This document shows positions 22,835-31,173 of a stretch of 64,000 bases of DNA, piece after piece. The first letter of the stretch is position 1. Every line of letters begins with the position of its first letter. The translations under genes were made by a program, and so were the position numbers. This stretch comes from Planctomycetota bacterium (lineage in GTDB: Bacteria > Planctomycetota > UBA1135 > UBA2386). The notes under the pieces were generated by a model. The model was not told the origin of the DNA and made no database searches. It worked only from the letters and a program-made list of their open reading frames with translations. Where the stretch lies: contig JBKAGP010000001.1 of the NCBI GenBank assembly GCA_046290465.1, positions 3,296,001 through 3,360,000 of the forward strand, in the 5' to 3' direction.

Positions 22835-24697
22835 ATGTGCGGCATCGTCGGCGCCCGCGACGACTGGCTACGATCCTGCGGCCTGGATCCCGACGCCGCG
22901 ATGCGGACCGCGCTGCGCGAACTGCGCTGGCGCGGGCCGGACGGTGAGGGCCTGCAGCATGCCGGCAGCTGGTGGCTCGGCTGCGCGCGCCTCGCGATCT
23001 CCGGGCCGCGACGGCCGCAGCCGGTCGCGCGCCGCGGCGGCCGCTTCGTCGGCGTCATGAACGGCGCCGTCACCAACGCACGCGAGCTGTGGGCGCGGTT
23101 CGCGCCCGGCGTCGAACAGCGCCCGGCGCCGCCGAACGACGCCTGGCTGCCGCTGCTCGCGGTCGAGCACGGCGACCACGACGCGCTCGCCGAACTGCGC
23201 GGCCACCACGCCTACGCAGTCGTCGACACCGTCGAGGACCGCGTGCATCTCGGCCAGGATCGCTACGGCGAGAAGCCGCTGCACTGCGTCGTCGCGCGCA
23301 TCGGAGACGTCTGGCGCCTGGTCGCGTTCGCGTCGACGCCGGCAGCGCTGCGCTGCCTCGGTGTGCCGGTGCGGGACGCCGGCCGCCACGTCGCGCAGTG
23401 GTTCCGGTTCGGCTGGTCGGAGGGCACCACGCGACGGATCGACGCGCGCATGCACGTTCGCGACCTGCCGCTGCGCGGGGTGCCGTTCGTGGCGGCGGCC
23501 GACGGGACGCGGTGGGCGCGGCCGGCGCTCGAGCCGCGACCGGCGACCGTGCGCGGGGTCGACACGCGCGACGCCGAACTGCGCGAACGGATGGCCAACA
23601 GCGTGCGCCGCTGCCTCGACAGCCCGTCGCCGGCGGGCCTGTTCCTGTCGGGCGGCGTCGACAGCAGCTGCCTGGCGCTGACGCTCGGGCGGCTCGGCGA
23701 GACGATCCCCGCCTACCAGTTCCGCGCCCACGGCACGCCGGGCGACGAACGCGCCGCGGCCGAGGACGTCGCGCGCGCGGCGCGCCTGCCGCTGCACGAG
23801 ATCGACGGCGGCCCGGAGCTGCTCGACGCGCTGCCGATGCTGACGCGCATGGCCGGCCAGCCGCTCGGGGACCCTTCGATCCTCGCCGCGCACGCGGTGG
23901 CGCGCGCGGCGGCGGCGCAGGGCGTGCGCATCCTGCTCGGCGGCGAAGGGGCCGACGAGCTGCTGCTGGGCTACCGTCGCTACCGCGCGCTCGCGCACAT
24001 GCCGCGCTGGTCGCGCCTCTCTGCGCTGTCCCGGCTCGCCGGCGCGTGGTCGATGCACAAGGCCGCCCGCTACTGGCGCGCGGCCACCGCCGCCAACCCG
24101 ATCCGTGCCCTGCTGGCGGTCACGCCGCCCGCGTTCGGCCAGAAGGTGCTCTGCAGCGAACTCGGTTCGCACCGCTGCTGGCGCGACGACGAGGCCACCG
24201 AGCCGAACCCGCCGGACCTCGCCCTGGCCGGCCGCGACGACGACCTCGCCAACTACCTGCCGCGCGACCTGCTGCCGAAGATCGACGTCGCGCTGATGGC
24301 GGCGGGCGTCGAAGGTCGGTGCCCCTACCTCGAGGCCGGCATCGAGGCCTTCGGCGTCGACCGCATGGCGATGGGCAAGCGCCACCTGCGCGAGGCGTTC
24401 GCCGGCGAACTGCCCGAACGGGTGCAGAACCTGCCCAAGCGCGGCTTCTCGCTACCCCTCGACGCGTGGTTCCGCGGCGACCTGCCGGCCCTCGACGTGC
24501 TCGCCGAGCCGCAGAGCCGCGAGCGCCCCCACCTGCGCCCCGGCGGCCTGATCCGCGCCATCGACCAGCACCGCGGCGACCGCGCCGACCTCGGCCACGC
24601 CCTCTACCTCCTCTACGCCTACGAACTGCACCTCCGCACCGCGAAGGTCCGTTCGTTCGGTTCCGGGCGCATACCGACCACTACCGGCGCAACCTGA
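22835..24697 (+). CDS. Asparagine synthase (glutamine-hydrolysing) family amidotransferase
   Basis: N-terminal MCGI, RGPD, RLAI, DRYGEKPL, LSGGVDSS, GEGADELLLGY, EGRCPYL, KRGF. Confidence 0.85.
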   Translation: MCGIVGARDDWLRSCGLDPDAAMRTALRELRWRGPDGEGLQHAGSWWLGCARLAISGPRRPQPVARRGGRFVGVMNGAVTNARELWARFAPGVEQRPAPPNDAWLPLLAVEHGDHDALAELRGHHAYAVVDTVEDRVHLGQDRYGEKPLHCVVARIGDVWRLVAFASTPAALRCLGVPVRDAGRHVAQWFRFGWSEGTTRRIDARMHVRDLPLRGVPFVAAADGTRWARPALEPRPATVRGVDTRDAELRERMANSVRRCLDSPSPAGLFLSGGVDSSCLALTLGRLGETIPAYQFRAHGTPGDERAAAEDVARAARLPLHEIDGGPELLDALPMLTRMAGQPLGDPSILAAHAVARAAAAQGVRILLGGEGADELLLGYRRYRALAHMPRWSRLSALSRLAGAWSMHKAARYWRAATAANPIRALLAVTPPAFGQKVLCSELGSHRCWRDDEATEPNPPDLALAGRDDDLANYLPRDLLPKIDVALMAAGVEGRCPYLEAGIEAFGVDRMAMGKRHLREAFAGELPERVQNLPKRGFSLPLDAWFRGDLPALDVLAEPQSRERPHLRPGGLIRAIDQHRGDRADLGHALYLLYAYELHLRTAKVRSFGSGRIPTTTGAT

Positions 24698-24794
24698 ACC
24701 AGGTTCGGTATGCGGGGTCCGGAAGGTTGGTTCCGGGAGCGGAGCTTGCCGGCCGCTACTGGCGCAACTTGAACCCGGTTCGGTATGCGGGGTC
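24659..24794. repeat. Imperfect tandem repeat of about 75 bp with internal hairpins between convergent genes
   Basis: CTAC(C/T)GGCGCAAC(C/T)TGAACC(A/C)GGTTCGGTATGCGGGGTC at 24681 and 24756; GGTTCCGGG at 24659 and 24729. Confidence 0.8.
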
Positions 24795-25590
24795 AGCTGG
24801 GGAGGAGGCGGCGGTAGAGTTCGGCGCGGCGGCGGGGGGAGGAGCCCGGGTCGGTCGCGAAGGCGGAGCCGCCGATCTCGGCCTGGGCGGCGGCCTGCCA
24901 GCGGTCGAGCAGCTGGGTCGCCAGGTCGCGGGCTCCGGTGCGGCAGGCCAGGGCGAACGCCTCGAGCAGCAGGAACGGGTCGTCGGGCCGCTCGGTCAGC
25001 AGCGCCTGCAGCGCCGCCAACGCGCCACCGACGTCGGTCGCTGGCTCCGGCACCCCGCGCAGCACCGGCACGACGGGACGGTTCATCTCCGAGTCGAATG
25101 CCTCACCCGGCGGCAGGTGCGCCGCGATCAGCGCCATGATTTCGCCGACACGCCCGCGCAGGCGGCCCGAACTGGTCAGCCTGCGCCGCTGGTCGAACGC
25201 CTGCCAGGTCAGCGACAGGCCCGGCCCACCGTCGGCGCCGGCGACCGGCGTCGGAACGACCAGTTCGCCGATATCGTAGCGGTCGAGCTTGCGCGCCAGG
25301 GCCCGAACGGACTTGGGCTCCAGCCGATAGATCGACATGCGGTCGAACACCGGCAGGCTCGCGCCGCTCTGCTCGTCGCGCAGCGGCTGCGAAGACGTCC
25401 CGTAGACCACCACGCCGCTGGCGTCGACGTGCAGGCGCCGGACCACGTGCATGCCATCCGCGTCGGCGCGCAGTTCGTCGGCGACCAGGACGAAGTTCGG
25501 CGGCGGCCACACCGACGGCGCCAGCCCGCCGCCGATGCACGAAGCCGCCACCAGCGCCGGGAGCGCGACCAGTACCCGCATGACCTTCAC
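24793..25590 (-). CDS. Hypothetical lipoprotein
   Basis: Signal peptide with lipobox-like VAAS-C; helical C-terminus; GC-rich codon usage. Confidence 0.7.
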   Translation of the reverse strand: MKVMRVLVALPALVAASCIGGGLAPSVWPPPNFVLVADELRADADGMHVVRRLHVDASGVVVYGTSSQPLRDEQSGASLPVFDRMSIYRLEPKSVRALARKLDRYDIGELVVPTPVAGADGGPGLSLTWQAFDQRRRLTSSGRLRGRVGEIMALIAAHLPPGEAFDSEMNRPVVPVLRGVPEPATDVGGALAALQALLTERPDDPFLLLEAFALACRTGARDLATQLLDRWQAAAQAEIGGSAFATDPGSSPRRRAELYRRLLPS

Positions 25591-25772
25591 CGCCACATCC
25601 TAGCCAACGCGCGCGGCGACGACCGCCCAATCTCTTGACCCGATGCGCGCGAAAGGCGCACGCAGCCGCCCACCACACCAGGGCTTGTAGAGGTTTGGTT
25701 TGCACGGCCCGGGATTCGGCGATACCGTCCATGCCGACGGGCTTTCGAGCCACAACGGTCAGCGTCGAAACT

Positions 25773-26363
25773 ATGGTCCTCATCCACGAGAAGATCACGG
25801 CCCTGCTTGAGCAGCGCCGTCTCAAGAAGAGGGATCTCGCCAGGGCCTTGGGGGTGTCGCCGCAAACTGCGACGGACATCTGCAAGGGGCGGTCCGCAAT
25901 CACCCTGCCCCACCTCCGCAACCTGGTCTCGTTCTTCGAGATCCGCGCCGAGTTCTGGCTCGACGACGACCGGCTCACGCCGGAGGACGTGGACCAGGTG
26001 GCGCGCAAGGGCACCGCGGATGCGATCCAACGAACCGGCCTGCTCGCGGCGGAAGACCCGCCGCGCCTGGTCGAACGCCTGCGCACCTTCGTGCAGAGCC
26101 AGCGCGAGGCGTTCGAGGCCAGGTTCCCGGACCTGACCGCTGCCGAACGTGGCGTGCTCGGCCTGGGCGACGGCGCGGTCGGGCAGGTGGCAGCGACCCC
26201 GCCTCCGTCGGCCCAGGCCACTGGCTCCCAGGGTTCTGGCTCCCAGGGTTCTGGCTCTCAGGGTTCTGGCTCTCAGGGAGCCGGCTCTCAGGGTGCTGGC
26301 TCCGAGGCGAGCAACGACGCCATCGCCGGCGCACCGATGGCCGCGCGCGAAGCCGACCAGTAG
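25773..26363 (+). CDS. XRE-family HTH regulator with GSQGS low-complexity tail
   Basis: LKKRDLARALGVSPQTATDICKGRSAITL HTH; C-terminal repeats. Confidence 0.8.
   Translation: MVLIHEKITALLEQRRLKKRDLARALGVSPQTATDICKGRSAITLPHLRNLVSFFEIRAEFWLDDDRLTPEDVDQVARKGTADAIQRTGLLAAEDPPRLVERLRTFVQSQREAFEARFPDLTAAERGVLGLGDGAVGQVAATPPPSAQATGSQGSGSQGSGSQGSGSQGAGSQGAGSEASNDAIAGAPMAAREADQ
26221..26303 (+). repeat. 15-bp in-frame tandem repeat, about 5.5 copies
   Basis: CTGGCTC(C/T)CAGGGTT units encoding GSQG(S/A). Confidence 0.9.
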
Positions 26364-26461
26364 CGCGACGCGAACGGCACGCCGCTCGCGCGTGACGTTC
26401 GCATGACCGGGCGCCCGTCTTCGTAATTGCCTGCGCCCGCGGCGCACGCGAGCATTGCGAC

Positions 26462-27580
26462 ATGCGCCCGTACTGCATGTTGCTCCCTCTCGCAGCGTTC
26501 GCCGCCTGCGACCCGCTCCCGACCAACCAGGACCCGGTGGTCCCGGCGAAGGACTTCGTCATCAAGGCCGGCAAGCCGGTCGACTCGCTGCCGAACGAGC
26601 CGCACCTGAAGAACGTGCGCATGCTGACGTTCGACGGCGAGAACGCGGAGGCCTACTGGTCCAACGACGGCACCAAGCTGGTGCTGCAGCGCCGCAGCCA
26701 CGAGATGAAGGCCGACCAGATCTACGTGCTCGATCTGGCGACGGGCGAAATGGAGCAGGTCAGCACCGGCAAGGGCCGCACCACGTGCTCGTACTTCACC
26801 CAGGGTGACGAGCGCATCGTCTACGCTTCGACGCACCACGAAGGCGACGCGCCGCCGGTCGTCAAGATGACCGGCCGCGGCTACCAGTGGGCGGTGCACC
26901 GCGAATACGACATCTTCGACGTCAAGCCGGACGGCACCGGCCTGCGCCGCCTGACCGAAACCGAAGGCTACGACGCCGAAGCGACGGTCTGCCCGGTGAC
27001 CGGCGACATCGTCTTCACGTCGGTCCGCGACGGCGACCTCGAGCTCTACACGATGAGCGCCGACGGCTCCAACGTGAAGCGCATCACCGACCGCCCCGGC
27101 TACGACGGCGGCGCGTTCTTCTCACACGACGGCAGCAAGTTCGTGCTGCGTTCGGCGTTCCCGGACAGCGAAGAACGGGCCAAGGAGGACGCCGCGTTGC
27201 TGATGCAGCAGCTGGTCAAGCCGTCGCAGATGGAGATCACCGTCTGCGACCGCGACGGCTCCAACTTCCGTCAGGTCACCAAGAACGGCTCGGCCAACTT
27301 CGCGCCGTTCTGGCTGCCCGACGACCGGCGCATCATCTTCTCGAGCAACTTCCGCGGCATGCAGAAGATGCGCGAGACCGGCGACCACACCCAGGCCCGC
27401 AACTTCGACCTGTTCCTGATCAACGAGGACGGCACCGGGATCGAGCAGGTCACCGACACCCCCGAGTTCGACGGCTTCCCGATGTTCTCGCCGTGCGGCC
27501 GGTTCCTGGTGTTTGCCAGCAACCGCTACAACAAGACCAAGGGCGACACCAACATCTTCATCGCCGAGTGGGTCGAGTGA
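26462..27580 (+). CDS. TolB-like PD40 beta-propeller lipoprotein
   Basis: Lipobox FAAC; ENAEAYWSNDG, YDAEAT, YDGGAFFSHDG, NFAPFW, FDGFPMFSP. Confidence 0.88.
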   Translation: MRPYCMLLPLAAFAACDPLPTNQDPVVPAKDFVIKAGKPVDSLPNEPHLKNVRMLTFDGENAEAYWSNDGTKLVLQRRSHEMKADQIYVLDLATGEMEQVSTGKGRTTCSYFTQGDERIVYASTHHEGDAPPVVKMTGRGYQWAVHREYDIFDVKPDGTGLRRLTETEGYDAEATVCPVTGDIVFTSVRDGDLELYTMSADGSNVKRITDRPGYDGGAFFSHDGSKFVLRSAFPDSEERAKEDAALLMQQLVKPSQMEITVCDRDGSNFRQVTKNGSANFAPFWLPDDRRIIFSSNFRGMQKMRETGDHTQARNFDLFLINEDGTGIEQVTDTPEFDGFPMFSPCGRFLVFASNRYNKTKGDTNIFIAEWVE

Positions 27581-27684
27581 TCGACCGGGTGCGGCGCGGC
27601 GCGCTCCACCGCTGACCGCACCGATGCGACCGAAGTTTTCGCCGGCTTTGCAACGAGTTCACGGGCCGGATCGATGTTGGTCGC

Positions 27685-27954
27685 ATGGACACGGAACTCA
27701 TCGACGGCGTCGCGTGCGCCGCAGCGGACCTGACCGCCCGGCTGCACGCGGAACTGACCCAGGCGCAGGCCCAACTCGCCATCGCGGACGCTCGTGCGCA
27801 CGCGAGCCTCGCCCAGGGGGAGCCGATCCCGGCTGATGTCCGCGTCGAGCGGGTGATGCACCGACAGAAGGTCGCCGTGCTGCACCAGGTGCTCGACGGG
27901 GTCCCCGCCGTCGAAGGAGCCGTCGAGGGAGACTGCCATGCTGCAAGTGCTTGA
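27685..27954 (+). CDS. Hypothetical small protein
   Basis: 89-aa helical ORF overlapping the next start; no recognised motif. Confidence 0.45.
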   Translation: MDTELIDGVACAAADLTARLHAELTQAQAQLAIADARAHASLAQGEPIPADVRVERVMHRQKVAVLHQVLDGVPAVEGAVEGDCHAASA

Positions 27955-28252
27955 TCGCGCCGACCACGAGACGCGCCTCCGCGACCTGATGTCACGCTTC
28001 CAGAACCAAGAACGCTTCATGAGCGAGGCCCTGCAGGACCTGCAGAACCGCCTCGAACACTGGCATCGCGAAGCCAGCTTCCAGCAGCTGGGCGACGCAC
28101 CGAGCCAGGCGCGCTCGCTGCTGGCGCACTGCTCCGATCTGCAGAGCGAATACGACGAACTCGCCACCGAGCTCGTGCACGTCCGCATGGCGATCTCGGG
28201 TGCCGGCGAAGAACTCGCCCACCGGGACACCGCCGAACGCCTCGGCGCGTGA
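27938..28252 (+). CDS. Hypothetical coiled-coil protein
   Basis: 104 aa, heptad-rich, preceded by GAGGGAG SD-like sequence. Confidence 0.6.
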   Translation: MLQVLDRADHETRLRDLMSRFQNQERFMSEALQDLQNRLEHWHREASFQQLGDAPSQARSLLAHCSDLQSEYDELATELVHVRMAISGAGEELAHRDTAERLGA

Positions 28253-28304
28253 ATCGCCGGCCGGGCCGCCCGGGCCGAATGGGCTCGAACGTGAGCCGCC
28301 CGGA

Positions 28305-28952
28305 TCAGGGCGCGAGCCGATCGACGCGCCACGCCGCGCCGTCGCGCACGAACCGGAAGCGGTCGTGCAAACGCGCATCGCGGCCCTGCCAGAACTCGAT
28401 CCGGCGCGGCTGCAGCACGTAGCCACCCCAGTGCGGTGGCCGCAGCAGCCCGCCCTCGCCGGTGCGCTGCCCCAGCTCGTCGACCAGCCGTTCGAGCGCC
28501 GCGCGATCGTCGACGACCCTGCTCTGCGGGGACGCGGCGCTGCACAGCTGCGCGCGCGGCGGCCGACTCGCAAAGTAGGCGTCACTGTCCGACTCCGGCA
28601 GCTCAACGACATCGCCCTCGACGCGCACCTGGCGCGTGCGCGGCGCGACCCACCAGAACGTCGCCGCAGCCTTGCCGTTGGCCCGCAGCTCCTGGCCCTT
28701 GTCGCTCTGCTTGTTAGTGAAGAAGCCGAAGCCCCGTTCGTCGAGCTGCTTCAGCAGCACAATGCGGCAGTGCGGCTGGCCGTCGCCGCCGCACGTCGCG
28801 AGCGCCATCGCGTTGGGCTCGCGCACGCCGGCGTCGGTCGCCAGCTGCAGCCAGCTGCGAAACAGCGCGACCGGATCTCCGGGCAGGTCCGCGCGGCGCA
28901 GCGCGTCGTCGCCGTAGTCGATGCGAAGTTCGGCGAACTCGTCGTGGCTCAT
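28305..28952 (-). CDS. pdxH: Pyridoxine/pyridoxamine 5'-phosphate oxidase
   Basis: EPNAMALAT, RIVLLK, FFTN..S.KG, RQVRVEG, YFASRP, PPHWGGY, EFWQGRDARLHDR. Confidence 0.95.
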   Translation of the reverse strand: MSHDEFAELRIDYGDDALRRADLPGDPVALFRSWLQLATDAGVREPNAMALATCGGDGQPHCRIVLLKQLDERGFGFFTNKQSDKGQELRANGKAAATFWWVAPRTRQVRVEGDVVELPESDSDAYFASRPPRAQLCSAASPQSRVVDDRAALERLVDELGQRTGEGGLLRPPHWGGYVLQPRRIEFWQGRDARLHDRFRFVRDGAAWRVDRLAP

Positions 28953-29242
28953 GCCGGAGATGGTAGCCACGATCCGGCCGGCAGCGACCTCGGCGAAGCC
29001 ACCGAGGTCGCGCACGGGGTCCGGCCCCGCGGCCACGACTAGTAGAACGTCGTCTCGCAGAGGTTGGTGACCGGCAGCGGCAGGCCAGCCGGGGCAGGCC
29101 AACCGGGACCGGCCAGCGCCAGCCGCACCGCTCCCGCGCCAGATGCTCACCGCGTCTTCAAACGGCATACACGGTCCGACGCCACCTTGGCCGCGGCTGA
29201 GGGGGCAATCATGCGCCCACAGACCGAGCAGAGAGCATCCAC

Positions 29243-31015
29243 ATGCCGATCCGCAAGGCCGCCGTGCGCGTCCGTCGCGCGCTGCGAAGCATCGTCGAAC
29301 GATGCCTGGGACTTCGTCAGCTTCGTCAGGCCTACGAACGGATCGTCTCGCGCATGCGCGATCCCGACGACGTCGACGCCTTCCTCGACGAGGCCCTGCG
29401 CGAACTCGACCTCTACACCGACCTTCGCGACACCGACCTCGACCGGGTGCCCGATCAAGGGCCGCTGGTCGTCGTCGCCAACCACCCGCACGGCATCGTC
29501 GACGGGCTGCTGCTCGCTGCGCTGCTGCGCCGCCGGCGGCCGGACCTGCGCGTGCTCGGCAACCGCTGGCTCAACAAGATGCCCGAGCTGCGGGGCCTGG
29601 TGCTCGACGTCGACCCGATCGGCGGCCGCAGTGCCAGGAGTTCCAACACCGCCTCGATGCGCGCCGCCCACCGCTGGCTCGGCGACGGCGGCGCGCTGCT
29701 GGTGTTCCCGGCGGGCAAGATCTCGGCACGCCGCTGGGGTCGGCGAGGCATCCACGACGACCGCTGGTCGCCGCATACCGCGCGGCTCCAGCAGCACGCC
29801 CAGGCCGCGGTGCTGCCCGTGCACATCGGCGGCCACAACAGCTGGCTGTTCCAGCTCGCCGGCCTGATCCACCCGCGCCTGCGCACGCTGCGGATCGCGC
29901 GCGAGACCATGAAGAAGCGCGGCAGCACCGTAGCGATCCGCATCGGCAACGCGATCCCGCAAAAGCAGCTGCAGCGCTTCGACGAAGCGCGCGAACTGGT
30001 CGACTACCTGCGGCTTCGCACCGAGATCCTCGCGCGCCGTCACAACGAGGGGCCGACCGTGATCCGGCGCAGCAGCCGCGCGCCGGAGCCGATCGTCGCG
30101 GCACTGCCAGCAGACGAGGTGCAGCGCGACATCGACGGCTTGCCCACAGCGCAGCGCCTGGTGACCAGCGGCGACTACGAGGTCTGGTACGCGTGGGCGC
30201 CGCAGGCTCCGAGCGTGCTGCGCGAGATCGGCCGGCTGCGCGAGGAGACGTTCCGCAAGGTCGGCGAGGGAACCAACCGCAGCATCGACCTCGACCGCTT
30301 CGACGCCAACTACCTGCACCTGTTCGTCTGGCACCGCGAGCGGCGCTACCTGGTCGGCGCCTACCGACTCGGCCACGTCGACAAGATCCTGATCGGCCAC
30401 GACCAGCGCGCGTTCTACACCAACACGCTCTACGACTACGACCTGCGCTTCCTCGAACGGATGACGCCGGGGCTCGAGCTGGGGCGCTCGTTCGTCGTCG
30501 AGCGGCACCAGCGCGAGTTCCTGCCGCTGCTCCTGCTGTGGCGCGGCATCGCCGCCTACGTGCGGCAGAACCCGCGCTACAGCACGCTGTTCGGCGCGGT
30601 CAGCATCAGCGATCGGCACCACGACGTGTCCAAGCACCTGATGCTCGACCACCTGCAGAACTACATGGATCCGGAGCTGAGCGGCCTGGTGCAGCCCCGC
30701 CACCCGGTCCCCGCACCGAGCGCCGACGCGATGCCGCAGTGGACCAAGGCGATGGTCTCCGACCTCGGTGAGGTCAGCGCGATGGTCTCCGAGATCGAGA
30801 CCGAGCAGCGTGGCGTGCCGGTCCTGCTGCGCGAATACCTGAAGCTCGGCGGCCGCCTCGTCGGCCTCAACGTCGACCCGAGCTTCAACCACTCGATCAC
30901 CGCGCTCGTCGTCATCGACATGCGCAAGACCAACCCCCGCATCCTCGGCCGCTACATGGGCAAACCCGAAGCCGCCGCCTTCTTCGACTGGCACCAACAC
31001 CACCAACTCACCTGA
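29243..31015 (+). CDS. PlsC-type plus GNAT bifunctional acyltransferase (OlsF-like aminolipid synthase)
   Basis: N-half NHPHGIVDG (HX4D) and LVFPAG; C-half EIGRLREETFRKVGEG, DLDRFD, GAYRLG, ELGRSFV, LWRGI, PVLLREYLKLGG. Confidence 0.82.
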   Translation: MPIRKAAVRVRRALRSIVERCLGLRQLRQAYERIVSRMRDPDDVDAFLDEALRELDLYTDLRDTDLDRVPDQGPLVVVANHPHGIVDGLLLAALLRRRRPDLRVLGNRWLNKMPELRGLVLDVDPIGGRSARSSNTASMRAAHRWLGDGGALLVFPAGKISARRWGRRGIHDDRWSPHTARLQQHAQAAVLPVHIGGHNSWLFQLAGLIHPRLRTLRIARETMKKRGSTVAIRIGNAIPQKQLQRFDEARELVDYLRLRTEILARRHNEGPTVIRRSSRAPEPIVAALPADEVQRDIDGLPTAQRLVTSGDYEVWYAWAPQAPSVLREIGRLREETFRKVGEGTNRSIDLDRFDANYLHLFVWHRERRYLVGAYRLGHVDKILIGHDQRAFYTNTLYDYDLRFLERMTPGLELGRSFVVERHQREFLPLLLLWRGIAAYVRQNPRYSTLFGAVSISDRHHDVSKHLMLDHLQNYMDPELSGLVQPRHPVPAPSADAMPQWTKAMVSDLGEVSAMVSEIETEQRGVPVLLREYLKLGGRLVGLNVDPSFNHSITALVVIDMRKTNPRILGRYMGKPEAAAFFDWHQHHQLT

Positions 31016-31017
31016 CC

Positions 31018-31115
31018 AGCCCGATTCGCAAGCCCGATTCGCAAGTTCGGTTCCGGGACGAACCTCTCGGACCAACCACGCGCCGGCCCGTCCGTGAGGA
31101 CTGCTCCCGGAACCG
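31018..31115. repeat. Intergenic repeat element: 13-bp tandem duplication plus 11-bp inverted repeat
   Basis: AGCCCGATTCGCA twice (31018-31043); CGGTTCCGGGA (31048) and TCCCGGAACCG (31105). Confidence 0.65.
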
Positions 31116-31173
31116 GACTCACGAACCGGGGTAGTGGATTGTGCTGGGGGCGGGAGTGGGGAAGACTGCGGGC

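Noticed and set aside
22835..24697. Lasso peptide cyclase
   Set aside because: Retains the N-terminal Cys glutaminase domain; no precursor, B protein or RRE nearby
24659..24794. Possible CRISPR array
   Set aside because: Only two imperfect units, similarity extends into the would-be spacers, and no cas genes
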